From Erysipelotrichaceae bacterium (GTDB lineage Bacteria > Bacillota_I > Bacilli_A > Erysipelotrichales > Erysipelotrichaceae): a stretch of 64,000 nucleotides of DNA. Below are positions 1-9,579 of the stretch, piece by piece; the first letter of the stretch is position 1; each line of letters begins with the position of its first letter. The notes below the pieces were generated by a model that did no database searches, was not told where the DNA came from, and saw only the letters and a program-made list of their open reading frames with translations. Position numbers and translations under genes: made by a program. The stretch covers positions 17,956-81,955 of the forward strand of contig JAFRIE010000013.1 in the NCBI GenBank assembly GCA_017432885.1, given 5' to 3'.

Positions 1-173
1 TTAGTGTTGATATTGGCAGCCGGGATAGCTTCGCCGGATGTTCTGCTTATCGATGCAATTCCGGGCTGCTGATAGTCAGACCTTTGGATGGTAATGCTCG
101 GACCACCGGGCAATTTCACGCGAAAAGCCATTGCTGAAATAACAGTCAGTTTTACCGCCTTCGTTCTTAACAT
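1..173 (-). CDS. N-terminal fragment of a hypothetical secreted protein (runs off the window edge)
   Basis: ATG at 171-173 with AAGGAG about 9 nt upstream. The frame is open to position 1. The N-terminus MLRTKAVKLTVISAMAF looks like a signal peptide. No family recognised. Confidence 0.3.
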   Translation of the reverse strand, partial: MLRTKAVKLTVISAMAFRVKLPGGPSITIQRSDYQQPGIASISRTSGEAIPAANINT

Positions 174-241
174 ATTATTTTTTCTCCTTTGATAAACAAA
201 TTATTTCATCAGGATATATAGGAAAGGGAAAATACTATCCG

Positions 242-985
242 CTAGTGTTCGAACAGATGCCGGTACATCGTTTCCGGTTTTTCAATAAAGTCTTTGGTGA
301 TCCGGTAGTGTTCCGTTTCCTTATATGAGGTCTTCCGGATCCCTTCTTCATCTAATTCGAACAAAGCCGCATCCGGATAAGACATCAGGATTGGTGAATG
401 GGTCGCAATAATAAACTGAGAATCCTCTTCCACCAGGTCGTGTATCAGACACAGCAGCTGCATCATTCTTGCGGGTGACAGAGCCGCTTCCGGTTCGTCG
501 AGGATATAAAGACCGTTCCCTGAGAATCTGTTCTTCACCAGGGCAAGAAAGCTTTCTCCATGGGACTGTCTGTGCAAAGAGATACCGCCGTAACTGTCAA
601 TGAGCGGTCTTCCCCCTGAAGATTCGCGGTCCATGGTATCGATGGAACTTGCGACATTGTAGAAGCTCTCGGCTCTCAAAAAGAAACCGTCTTTCGGATA
701 AGCCTGTTTTGCTACGGTCAGATGGCGATGAAGTTCGGAATGGGAATCCGCTGTCGAAAACGTGAAGTTTCTGGTCCCTCCTTCCGGATTGAAACCGGAG
801 GCAACGGCAATTCCTTCGATCAATGTCGACTTGCCTGTCCCGTTTTCACCGATGAAGATCGTGACCGGACTATCAAAAACAAGGCTGTCTTTCTCCAGCT
901 GTTTTACTGCCGGGATCTCATTTAAATAAGATTCCGGATCCAGAGCTTCAGATAGATATATGCTTCTGATGTAGAGTCTGTCCAT
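242..985 (-). CDS. Stand-alone AAA/ABC-type ATPase (COG3910-like predicted ATPase)
   Basis: Walker A GENGTGKST, Walker B LYILDEPEAALSP and H-loop ATHSP in a 247-aa protein with no transmembrane partner nearby. Confidence 0.7.
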   Translation of the reverse strand: MDRLYIRSIYLSEALDPESYLNEIPAVKQLEKDSLVFDSPVTIFIGENGTGKSTLIEGIAVASGFNPEGGTRNFTFSTADSHSELHRHLTVAKQAYPKDGFFLRAESFYNVASSIDTMDRESSGGRPLIDSYGGISLHRQSHGESFLALVKNRFSGNGLYILDEPEAALSPARMMQLLCLIHDLVEEDSQFIIATHSPILMSYPDAALFELDEEGIRKTSYKETEHYRITKDFIEKPETMYRHLFEH

Positions 986-1085
986 CTTCTTAAATTATAT
1001 TATAAAGAATATGGCAGAATTTCTTTTTGCATAGGTGTTTGCCGTTTTCCTGTTACGTTATTCCCGTAAAACAAGAGATGATCCG

Positions 1086-1116
1086 ATAAAAGAAAGCCCC
1101 CTTTATACAGGGGGCT
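1086..1116 (-). terminator. Intrinsic terminator after the lipoprotein gene
   Basis: Minus strand AGCCCCCU-GUAUAA-AGGGGGCU followed by UUCUUUUAU. Confidence 0.6.
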
Positions 1117-1138
1117 TGGTTTATTCTGCCTGTCTTGA

Positions 1139-1804
1139 TTATTCAGCAGGTTCAAATACGGCAACGTATTCCGCATCCGCATCAAAGGTTTCCGTGATGA
1201 TGCTTTCAGTAGAAAGATCCTCGCCGTTTTTCGTCCACTTTACAAACTTGTTGCCTTCTTCCGGTCTTGCTTCCAGGATATAGGTTTCTGCTTCCGCCAG
1301 ATTGACAACGGCTGAAGTGGCAGGATAATCCTCGTCGAATACCAGTCCTTCACTTTCTTTTGCGTAATCGAAGAAACCGCAGCCTTCCGTCTTGATGTTG
1401 ATGAAGATCTTTGCTTCAGGCATTTCCATCGGTGTGAGATGGTAGGTATTTCCGCCTTCGATCTCCAGAACGATTCCATTTTCTCCTTCTTCTGAAACCG
1501 TAGCGATCAGTTCTCCTTCTTCATAGGAAGGAATCAGATTTCCATGAAGCGTCTCGCCTGCAAGATCAAGCTTGCTTCCGGTCGTGAGATCGCCAGCCAT
1601 GATTCCGACATACCAGCCTTTGTCTTCTTCCATCATGTTTTCATCATCCATCCAGGTAATGGAAACGATGTCGCCGTCTTCATCTGTGAAATACCCTTGT
1701 CTGGTCCATTCAAAATCCGATACAGGCTTTTCTTCCGACTTGCTGCAGGAAACAAGTGTTAAAACCATAAGCAGCGATAAAAATAATGCAATAAACTTTT
1801 TCAT
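1139..1804 (-). CDS. Lipoprotein of unknown function
   Basis: Start trimmed to MKKFIALFLSLLMVLTLVSC (lipobox LVSC), with GGAGG 6 nt upstream. Acidic mature part; no family recognised. Confidence 0.7.
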   Translation of the reverse strand: MKKFIALFLSLLMVLTLVSCSKSEEKPVSDFEWTRQGYFTDEDGDIVSITWMDDENMMEEDKGWYVGIMAGDLTTGSKLDLAGETLHGNLIPSYEEGELIATVSEEGENGIVLEIEGGNTYHLTPMEMPEAKIFINIKTEGCGFFDYAKESEGLVFDEDYPATSAVVNLAEAETYILEARPEEGNKFVKWTKNGEDLSTESIITETFDADAEYVAVFEPAE

Positions 1805-1921
1805 AGTCTCCTCCAATAATTCTTTATTATTCTATCATTAATCATTTCATCCGGTCTATTCCGGTTGATGGGATCTGGTAGTCCGGTTTTGGATCAGGCT
1901 TCGGTTTTTCCTTTGAAACCG

Positions 1922-2044
1922 TCACAGTTGTATATGTTTCCAGATAACATCTTCCCCATAAACGTCAGCGGTCAGAAAACACAGGATCAGCAGGAAAAAA
2001 AGCAGGTGTAGTATTGTTTTCTTCTTTTGATGAAAGATCTTCAT
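1922..2044 (-). CDS. Possible 40-aa secreted peptide
   Basis: MKIFHQKKKTILHLLFFLLILCFLTADVYGEDVIWKHIQL, with GAGGAA 7 nt upstream. Below the ORF-track cutoff and with no homology support. Confidence 0.2.
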   Translation of the reverse strand: MKIFHQKKKTILHLLFFLLILCFLTADVYGEDVIWKHIQL

Positions 2045-2123
2045 ATCGCGTTCCTCAAACAACATTTCATCTTATTTGCAGGGAAACAAAAAGGGAAGAC
2101 TGTGTCCTTCCTTCCTGCTTCAT

Positions 2124-2783
2124 TTATCGGTTTGTTTCTTTCTTGTATTCCTCATAAAGACCGTCGTTTCCTTTGAGATCAAGAAGATAGAACTGTCCAT
2201 CTTCGATCAGAATATCGGCGGCATAGCCGTTGATGACAATATGACCCGTCTTTCCTTTTCTGTGCAGGATAGCAAAGAGTTTCGTCAGATCGATCCCCAT
2301 TAGAAGTCTCATCATATGCATCAGAATGGCTCCATGGGATACAAGCAGGATGTGATCGCCATCCTTCGCTTCTTCATAGATCTGATCAAGGATTTCTTTT
2401 GCCCTTGTGACAGCGGTCTGCGGGTTTTCTCCTCCAACATCCGTCCAGTCACAGTCTCCCAGCCGTCTTCGGTTGATCTCTTCCGGATCATCGCTGATCA
2501 GAAAGCCGTCATAATCGCCCCAGGAGATCTCTTTTAGTTTCTTGGTGTAGACTAGCGGGACATTTCTGCCTTCCAGTACGATATGGGCAGTATCGACGCA
2601 GCGTTCACTGGTTGAAGTGTATGCCTTTCGCAGTGGAACATCTTTTAACGCTTCTCTGGCCTGTATGGCATCTTCGATGCCTTCTTTTTCCAGCGGCGAA
2701 TCAGACCAGCCCTGCATTCTTCCCAGGCGGTTGAACAAGGTTCTACCATGACGAACATAATGAATGTATACTTTCTTCTTCAT
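2124..2783 (-). CDS. Histidine phosphatase family protein (phosphoglycerate mutase-like)
   Basis: N-terminal VYIHYVRHGRTLFN (RHG catalytic motif) and a later SHG motif. Start trimmed to MKKKVYIHY. Confidence 0.8.
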   Translation of the reverse strand: MKKKVYIHYVRHGRTLFNRLGRMQGWSDSPLEKEGIEDAIQAREALKDVPLRKAYTSTSERCVDTAHIVLEGRNVPLVYTKKLKEISWGDYDGFLISDDPEEINRRRLGDCDWTDVGGENPQTAVTRAKEILDQIYEEAKDGDHILLVSHGAILMHMMRLLMGIDLTKLFAILHRKGKTGHIVINGYAADILIEDGQFYLLDLKGNDGLYEEYKKETNR

Positions 2784-2872
2784 GTTTTGTAGCGCTTCAT
2801 CCTCTCTTAACCGAACTGTCTTAATTATATGACAAACATGTTTCAAAATCGCCAAAGACCGTTCTATCGTGC

Positions 2873-2899
2873 ATAAAAAAGAAAGACGCAGGTCTTTCT
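2873..2899 (-). terminator. Intrinsic terminator after the esterase gene
   Basis: Minus strand AGAAAGAC-CUGC-GUCUUUCU followed by UUUUUAU. Confidence 0.6.
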
Positions 2900-2910
2900 T
2901 TGTTTCTTGT

Positions 2911-3729
2911 TTATTTTCCGATATTGCCGCTGTTGATCCCGCTTTGTGTTTTCTCCAGCGGAAGCCAGTCGATCACGTGTTTAATATAACGATTCCAGAA
3001 ATCCCATTCATGAGCTCCCGGACCGGTTTCAAATGTCACGTCGTAACTGTTCTCTTTTAATTGTTCCGCAATATGTTCTGAATGTTTCAGAAGCGGATCC
3101 GATTCTCCACAGGCAATATAAAGTTTCTGACCCTTGTTTCTGTTTTTACGAATCAGCCAGTCGATCGAAACATCGCTCTCTTTTGCTTGCTCAAGATCGC
3201 CAAATATGGCTTCAAGATAAGCATCCTGCATAAAAGACAGTGTACCATCCGGGATATCGACCATGCTGGCAGCAGATAGGGCTCCGACATATCCGAACGT
3301 ATCACTGTATTTCAGTCCATTACGTAAAGCTCCGTATCCGCCCATCGACAATCCGCAGATAAATGTATCTTCCTTCTTGTCGGATAGAGGGAACATCGCC
3401 CTAGTCACATCAACAAGTTCTTTGCCAATAAAGCGTCCGTAATAATCATGGGTCGCAGGCTGATCGACATAGAAACGATTTTCTCCTGCCGGCATGATAA
3501 CAGCCAGGTTCTTTTCTTCTGCCCATCTTTGCAGATTGGTGCCGTTGATCCAGTCGACTTGAGAACCGAAGATACCATGCAGCAGATACAGTGTCTTAAA
3601 CTGCTTTACCTTTTCGATCTTCTGATCCTTCTGATCCGGCATTGCAATCTTATCTGCCGGAAGAATCACATTGACATTGACCGTCCGGTACAGCGACTCG
3701 GACATCATATTTACCTGAATAAAAGCCAT
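2911..3729 (-). CDS. Alpha/beta-hydrolase esterase (esterase D / tributyrin esterase type)
   Basis: YLLHG oxyanion region and nucleophile elbow GLSMGGYGA. Length and layout are typical of the putative-esterase family. Confidence 0.75.
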   Translation of the reverse strand: MAFIQVNMMSESLYRTVNVNVILPADKIAMPDQKDQKIEKVKQFKTLYLLHGIFGSQVDWINGTNLQRWAEEKNLAVIMPAGENRFYVDQPATHDYYGRFIGKELVDVTRAMFPLSDKKEDTFICGLSMGGYGALRNGLKYSDTFGYVGALSAASMVDIPDGTLSFMQDAYLEAIFGDLEQAKESDVSIDWLIRKNRNKGQKLYIACGESDPLLKHSEHIAEQLKENSYDVTFETGPGAHEWDFWNRYIKHVIDWLPLEKTQSGINSGNIGK

Positions 3730-3743
3730 GTACGAATACCTTT

Positions 3744-4952
3744 CTATTTCTCAAGGATGCTGCTGAGCATGATGTTCATGCTTCCCTTCTTCAGCATCTC
3801 GGACAGTTCCCTGCTTTCTTCCCGGATATCAATCGGAATATCCTTCAGATATTTGTTTTCTCTAACAACACTCTTGATGCGCTCCAGAAAACGGTCTGAA
3901 GCGTAGGAGAATACGCCCTGAATCACAAACAGATCGGGATCGATCGCCAGAACGACGTTTCGGAATGCCATTCCGATGATGTCCGCCATGTAGGTACAGA
4001 GTTCACCGGCTTTTCCGTCTTCTCTCTTTTCTTCTTCCAGCAGATATCTGCGAATATCCCCTTTTCCGTCGTAATTCTTCAGAAGAACTTCTCTTTCTTT
4101 CTCCGGCATGGCGTTGACCATCTTCCAGATCCTCTTCTGGGAAATCAGGACTTCGAAGCATCCTTTGGAACCGCAGACGCAGGCTTCTTCATCATGAGGA
4201 TCCAGACACATGTGGCCCAATTCCCCATTTACGTCGTTGGTCGACTCCAGCGTCTTTCCGTCTTCCAGGATCGTAATGGATACACCGAAATCCGCATACA
4301 TTACGGCAGTTCTCTTCCCCTGGACCTCGCTGCTGAAGCGAAGCATGCTGGAACAGACTTTAGAAACATTTTCGATTTCGATACGTGTATCCAGCCCGAG
4401 CATCCTTGACAGATCTTCGGCGGCATGAAGATCGTTGCCCCATTGAGGGATGCTGGAAGTACGGAAGATTCCCGACTTCCTGTCGATAATACCGCCGGTA
4501 CAAAGAATAATCCCGTAGAGATCTTCCTGCGGGATCCCGTTTCTTTTCATGAGGATTCTTACGCTTTCCGCACTCTTTTCAATGAATGCTTCATAGGTCA
4601 GCGCAGCCGGAAACATGAAGGATACCGTATCGATTTCCTCACCCGTAAAAGACATGAGACAGGCCAGCGTTTCGCCTCCCGAAGGAGCGATCGAGATCCC
4701 ATAACGGCCATCATTCAGCGAGTATTCCTGCGGCTTCTTTCCGCCCAGACTCGTAGAACTGCCTTTTCCGCCCTGAATGACGATCCCTTTCTCTATGAAA
4801 CGTTCCAAAGCCCTCGTGATCGTCAACCTGCTGATCTTCGTCTGATTGGCAATATCCTGCACGGTAAAAACGCGCTGACCGGCGATCGATCGAAGGATCT
4901 CGGCATCGTTCTTCTGTTTGATGTCTTTCGGAAGTGCACCTATTCTATCCAT
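3744..4952 (-). CDS. ROK-family transcriptional regulator
   Basis: N-terminal wHTH (ISRLTITRALERFIEKGIV) plus a ROK sugar-kinase-like body with the zinc motif HMCLDPHDEEACVCGSKGCFE. Confidence 0.8.
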   Translation of the reverse strand: MDRIGALPKDIKQKNDAEILRSIAGQRVFTVQDIANQTKISRLTITRALERFIEKGIVIQGGKGSSTSLGGKKPQEYSLNDGRYGISIAPSGGETLACLMSFTGEEIDTVSFMFPAALTYEAFIEKSAESVRILMKRNGIPQEDLYGIILCTGGIIDRKSGIFRTSSIPQWGNDLHAAEDLSRMLGLDTRIEIENVSKVCSSMLRFSSEVQGKRTAVMYADFGVSITILEDGKTLESTNDVNGELGHMCLDPHDEEACVCGSKGCFEVLISQKRIWKMVNAMPEKEREVLLKNYDGKGDIRRYLLEEEKREDGKAGELCTYMADIIGMAFRNVVLAIDPDLFVIQGVFSYASDRFLERIKSVVRENKYLKDIPIDIREESRELSEMLKKGSMNIMLSSILEK

Positions 4953-4981
4953 TGTGTTGTCCTGTTTGTTAAATCGTCTAA

Positions 4982-5815
4982 TTAATCTACTCTTGTATAA
5001 TTGTAAGCTACATTGCCGAATTTACCGTCTGTACGATCCGGCCCGCCCTTGCTGGCCCATCTCTTTGGAATGCCTGCAACCATGGGATTCGGATGATCAA
5101 ATTCCTCTTTGTCGTCTGTTCCGGCAAGGATCCTCTGACAGCAGTCGATCACATTGTTGACGCAGTCGTTCGAAACGACATCGTAATCGTGGCAGATGGC
5201 CATGCCGCTCATTTTCGGCAGCCATTCTTTCCTGATCCTTTCAAGGGATTCAAGATAGTGGGAGATGGATGTGGAGTCCTCCAGGAAGACCCAGGTTGAA
5301 TTGTTGCAGCAGTCGCCGACAAACAGCAGTTTCGACCTGTCGTCGTAGAATGCCATGGAACCTTTTGTGTGGCCTGAGAAGTCGATCGCCGTCAGCGTTC
5401 TTCCACCCAGATCGTTGACTTCGCCATCCTGAATGTCGATGATCCTGACATCCTTCACGTCACAGACATCATCTTCCGTCCATTCCGTCTTTCCGGCGAA
5501 TGTACGCAGCATATCCATGTACTGCAGACGGTCCGCCTTGGTATTGCTTTCAAGCATATACAGATCCTTGTGGGACATATGGACTTCATCGAAGCGGTAC
5601 ATGCCGCCTGCATGATCCAGATGGCCATGTGTCAGATAAACTTCAACCGGTTTGTCCGTCAGTGTTTCAACAAAGGCCTTGATGTCGTGCGTACCCAGTC
5701 CCGTATCAAGCAGAACGGCTTTCTTTTCGCCGATCACCAGGTACATGCCTACAGCACCCTGACCCTCGATGTGAAGGATATCGTTTCCAAGATCTTTCGT
5801 TACGAATTCAGCCAT
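4982..5815 (-). CDS. MBL-fold metallo-hydrolase
   Basis: THGHLDHAGG metal-binding motif and a downstream His/Asp ligand pattern. Confidence 0.75.
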   Translation of the reverse strand: MAEFVTKDLGNDILHIEGQGAVGMYLVIGEKKAVLLDTGLGTHDIKAFVETLTDKPVEVYLTHGHLDHAGGMYRFDEVHMSHKDLYMLESNTKADRLQYMDMLRTFAGKTEWTEDDVCDVKDVRIIDIQDGEVNDLGGRTLTAIDFSGHTKGSMAFYDDRSKLLFVGDCCNNSTWVFLEDSTSISHYLESLERIRKEWLPKMSGMAICHDYDVVSNDCVNNVIDCCQRILAGTDDKEEFDHPNPMVAGIPKRWASKGGPDRTDGKFGNVAYNYTRVD

Positions 5816-6792
5816 TATTTAGCACTCTTTCTAACAACCTGTCTTCTGTTGAGGTTGTACACGTCGATACCGATCGCCATCAGCATGATGATTCCTTTAG
5901 CAATAAACTGATAGTATGTATCCAGACCCGCCAGCTGCATGCCGTTGGTCAGGATCGAAATGATCAGTACACCTGCAAAGACGCTGGTCATCTTTCCTTC
6001 GCCGCCACGTACGGAGATACCGCCCAGCAGAATACCGGTGATTGCCGTGAATTCTGTGCCCGGACCGGTATTGGAATGTGCCGAACCAAGTCTTGCCGTA
6101 AGGATGATTGCAGAAATAGCAATCAGTGCACCTGCAAGGGCAGAGATGATATAACGCATCTTCTTGACATTGATACCTGCCAGATTGGCGGCTTCACTGT
6201 TTCCGCCCAGAGCATAGACATACTGTCCGAAATAGGTTTTGGACATCAGGATCGAACATACGATCAGCAGGAAGAACATGATGAACACCGGAAGAGGAAT
6301 CTTACCGATGTTTGCCTGACCGATGGCCTTGAAACCGTCAGAGAAGCCCCTGATCGAAACGGACTTCGAAATGACGTAAGACAGACCCTGGAAGACCGAC
6401 ATCGTCGCGACCGTGATCATGAAACGGTTGATCTTCAGAAGTTCCGAAAGGAAGTTGTTCAGCATGCTGAGGATCATGCCAATGACAATCGTGATGAGAA
6501 TCGTAGGAACAGCCGGAATACCCATCTGAACATTCAGAATGCCGGCGATGACGGAGCACAGAGACATGATGTAGCCGACGGAAAGGTCGATCTCGCCTGC
6601 CATCATCAGGAAAGCGACACCCAGCGAACAGATGATCGCATAAGAGTTCTGTGAAAGTATGTTGACGATGTTCGCAAAGGACAGGAAGTTCTTTGTGAAA
6701 GAGAATAGAATCAGTACAACAAGCAGAATGATCCATGCCATGTACTTTTTAAATACTTCATCGAAATTGATTTTTTTCATTTTTATATCCAT
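5815..6792 (-). CDS. Sugar ABC transporter permease (CUT2, RbsC-like)
   Basis: Polytopic membrane protein with an RbsC-type layout, lying between the ATPase and the rest of the operon. Confidence 0.8.
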   Translation of the reverse strand: MDIKMKKINFDEVFKKYMAWIILLVVLILFSFTKNFLSFANIVNILSQNSYAIICSLGVAFLMMAGEIDLSVGYIMSLCSVIAGILNVQMGIPAVPTILITIVIGMILSMLNNFLSELLKINRFMITVATMSVFQGLSYVISKSVSIRGFSDGFKAIGQANIGKIPLPVFIMFFLLIVCSILMSKTYFGQYVYALGGNSEAANLAGINVKKMRYIISALAGALIAISAIILTARLGSAHSNTGPGTEFTAITGILLGGISVRGGEGKMTSVFAGVLIISILTNGMQLAGLDTYYQFIAKGIIMLMAIGIDVYNLNRRQVVRKSAK

Positions 6793-6798
6793 CCCTTC

Positions 6799-8292
6799 TT
6801 AAGCCGCTTCGCGGATGCCCGATGCGAGCGCCATGATATGATTCTGTTCAAAATTCTCTCTGTCGACGAATCCGGTAATCTCACCTTCGTAGAAAACCAT
6901 GATCCGGTCGGACATACCCATTAGTTCTTCCATTTCCGATGAGATCATCAGTACGGATTTCCCCTGTGCAACCAGTTCGTTGATCAGATTGTAGATCTCC
7001 TGCTTGGCACCGACATCGATTCCTCTTGTCGGTTCATCCATGATCAGGATATCCGCTTCCGTCGCCAGTGTCTTGGCAACGACGACCTTCTGCTGGTTTC
7101 CGCCGGAAAGGTTTCTGACCAGCTGCTGAGCCGATGGTGTTGCGATCGACAGTTCCTTGATGTATCGGTCGACGATTTCGGTTATCTTCTTCCGATCCAC
7201 AAACAGGCCGTTGGAAGCTTTCTTAATCATCATGATCGGAATATTCCAGTCGATGGCATATTCCAGGAAAGCACCTTCTCTTTTTCTGTCTTCGGGGATC
7301 AGACCGATGCCGTTGGCGATTGCTTCGGAAGGAATGCGGATGTTTTTCTTTTCGCCATGGGCATAGATCTCGCCCTTGTCTTTCTTCAGATAGCCGTAGA
7401 CCATCTTAGCCATCTCCGTCCTGCCTGCGCCAACCAGTCCGGCAACACCCAGGACTTCGCCCTTATGCAGCTGGAAGTTGATATCGACATCTCCCTGTCC
7501 GTACAGGCCTTTCACTTCCAGAACGACTTCGTCTTCCGGTTTCGTATCTCTTTTCGGATACTCATCGCCGATATCTCTGCCAACCATCAGTTTGATCAGC
7601 TCGCGACGGCTGGTTTCTTTCGTACTGAGGGTCTTGATATACTTCCCGTCTCTCATTACCGAGATTCGATCGGAAATCTGGAAGACTTCTTCCAGTCTGT
7701 GAGAAATATACAGGATGGTGACGCCCTTTTCCTTGAGTGTTCCGACCATCTTCAGCAGATTTTCCGTTTCGGCAGACGACAGCGATGCGGTTGGTTCATC
7801 CATAATCAGAACCCTGCAGTTCTTGATCATCGACTTGGCGATCTCCACCATCTGCTGCTGTCCGGTTGAAAGCGAGGAGACCATTGTATTCGGGTCGATC
7901 TCCATGCCCAGTTCTTCCAGCACTTTTGAAGTCTCGGCATTCATCTGCTTCTTGTCCTTGTAGAACCTGTGCCCAAGCTTGTTGCCCAGACAGACATTCT
8001 CCGAAACGGAAAGAGAAGGCACCAGATTGAATTCCTGGTAAATGACGCCGATACCGTTTTCCGAAGAAAGCGTCGGTGTCAGATGATCAAAGCTCTTTCC
8101 GTTAACCGTGATTGTTCCCTCGTTCGGACGGATGGCTCCGCCGACCGTTTTAATCAGCGTCGATTTGCCGGCACCGTTTTCACCCATGATCGCATGGACT
8201 TCTCCTTCTTCAAAAGAGAGAGAAACATCGTCCAGTGCCGTTACACCCGGATAAAGCTTCGTTATATTGTCTAATTGTAGGATCGTTCCCAT
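6799..8292 (-). CDS. Sugar ABC transporter ATP-binding protein (duplicated ATPase, RbsA-like)
   Basis: Two ABC cassettes: GENGAGKST / LSTGQQQ / LIMDEPTA, and GLVGAGRTE / LSGGNQQK / LIMDEPTRG. Confidence 0.9.
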   Translation of the reverse strand: MGTILQLDNITKLYPGVTALDDVSLSFEEGEVHAIMGENGAGKSTLIKTVGGAIRPNEGTITVNGKSFDHLTPTLSSENGIGVIYQEFNLVPSLSVSENVCLGNKLGHRFYKDKKQMNAETSKVLEELGMEIDPNTMVSSLSTGQQQMVEIAKSMIKNCRVLIMDEPTASLSSAETENLLKMVGTLKEKGVTILYISHRLEEVFQISDRISVMRDGKYIKTLSTKETSRRELIKLMVGRDIGDEYPKRDTKPEDEVVLEVKGLYGQGDVDINFQLHKGEVLGVAGLVGAGRTEMAKMVYGYLKKDKGEIYAHGEKKNIRIPSEAIANGIGLIPEDRKREGAFLEYAIDWNIPIMMIKKASNGLFVDRKKITEIVDRYIKELSIATPSAQQLVRNLSGGNQQKVVVAKTLATEADILIMDEPTRGIDVGAKQEIYNLINELVAQGKSVLMISSEMEELMGMSDRIMVFYEGEITGFVDRENFEQNHIMALASGIREAA

Positions 8293-8323
8293 CGTGATCT
8301 CCCTTCCGGTATTCCTTTATAGA

Positions 8324-8351
8324 AATCTCCTGCCTTTTCGGGCAGGAGATT
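8324..8351 (-). other. Intercistronic stem-loop between the binding-protein and ATPase genes
   Basis: 11-bp perfect stem AAUCUCCUGCC/GGCAGGAGAUU with only a weak U tract. This is typical of an mRNA-stabilising hairpin after a binding-protein gene. Confidence 0.5.
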
Positions 8352-8375
8352 CATTCTCTGTATTCTGTTCGGATC

Positions 8376-9398
8376 TTATTCAGCGGTATGCATTGCGTAT
8401 GCTTCCTGAATGTTTTCAGCAGTAATCGTGTACAGAGGCATGATAGCCTGCAGCTTGTCATTGACTTCGAGTTCGCCTACGCCTGCTTGCAGGAATGCGA
8501 GTGTGAAGTCACCTGATTCGATGAATGCACGGAATGCGCTCTTGCCTTCGACACTCTGTTCAACGGCGTTTGCGGCAGCTTCCAGCCAGTCACATGCGAA
8601 GATGCCCATGCCTGTTGGATCAACACCGGCAGTTCTCATGATAACTTCATCGATTGCATTGCCGTAGTCGGCGGAGTGGACAATGATAGCCTTAACATCA
8701 GGATGCTTAAGAAGCAGCTGATCCGTGTATTCCTGGCACATTGCCTTAGGGTTAGCCTGGCCTACCAGGTCATATGTTTCAACGACTTTTGCCTTGGATG
8801 TAAACTTTTCGACATCATGCAGACCGTCTGCTCTGGCGATAAAAGCATCCTGAGATCCTTCCTGGAATACTGCAACTTCGATGGAACCGTCCGCAGCATC
8901 CGGATAAGTCTTGTCGATCCATTCAGCAGCGGCACGTGCAGCTCTGGAACCGAATTCTCTCTGATCAACGTTCAGGCAGATCGCGAATGGTTCTTCACCT
9001 TCAAACGGATCGCCGACATAGACGCAGGTAACGCCCTGTTCGCTTGCTTTCTTCATGACATCATGGAGAGCTTCCACATCCAGCGGAGTGATCAGAATAA
9101 CATCACAGCCCTGAGTGATCATGTTTTCAATCTGGTTGACCTGCGTAGCGGCAACACCCTCAGCAGATGCTTTCGTATATTCGTATCCTCTTTCAGCACA
9201 GTACTTCTCCAGACCGTCGGAAGTCGTTACCATCCAGTTGTCGGAGAACGTCATTGCCGAGAAACCGACAAAGTGTTCAGCAGTCTTGGTTTCACCGCCG
9301 TTTCCACTGTCGGCAGGTTCATTCTTTTCAGAAGAACAACCAGTCAGTACTGCAAGAACAAGAACTAATAACAAGAATAATTTCGTAATCTTTTTCAT
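8376..9398 (-). CDS. Sugar ABC transporter substrate-binding lipoprotein (periplasmic-binding-protein type I)
   Basis: Signal peptide with lipobox LTGC. RbsB/LacI-type binding fold pattern. First gene of the ABC operon. Confidence 0.8.
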   Translation of the reverse strand: MKKITKLFLLLVLVLAVLTGCSSEKNEPADSGNGGETKTAEHFVGFSAMTFSDNWMVTTSDGLEKYCAERGYEYTKASAEGVAATQVNQIENMITQGCDVILITPLDVEALHDVMKKASEQGVTCVYVGDPFEGEEPFAICLNVDQREFGSRAARAAAEWIDKTYPDAADGSIEVAVFQEGSQDAFIARADGLHDVEKFTSKAKVVETYDLVGQANPKAMCQEYTDQLLLKHPDVKAIIVHSADYGNAIDEVIMRTAGVDPTGMGIFACDWLEAAANAVEQSVEGKSAFRAFIESGDFTLAFLQAGVGELEVNDKLQAIMPLYTITAENIQEAYAMHTAE

Positions 9399-9446
9399 CT
9401 TTTCCTCCTGTTTTGAAACATTGTTGCATTACTATATTACAATTCC

Positions 9447-9475
9447 ATAATAATCAAACATGAAAGCGCTGTCAA
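9447..9475 (-). promoter_or_regulatory. Sigma-A type promoter of the sugar ABC operon
   Basis: Minus strand TTGACA (9470-9475), a 17-nt spacer, then TATTAT (9447-9452), about 50 nt upstream of the binding-protein start. Confidence 0.65.
9461..9474. promoter_or_regulatory. cre (CcpA) operator overlapping the promoter
   Basis: TGAAAGCGCTGTCA matches the TGWAANCGNTNWCA consensus at every defined position. It overlaps the -35 box and spacer. Confidence 0.6.
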
Positions 9476-9579
9476 CAGCTTTTTTCAAAAATCGTCTGTT
9501 TTTCTCATAAAAATAAAAAGAAGACCTTCTCTTTTTCAGATCAGGCCTGTTTTCTATGATAATTGATATGATTGTTACA

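Noticed and set aside
6076-9368. Several 100-230-aa plus-strand ORFs (6076-6654, 7357-7869, 8676-9368).
   Set aside because: All lie antisense to ABC transporter genes that have unambiguous Walker, signature or lipobox motifs. Their compositions are typical of shadow ORFs.
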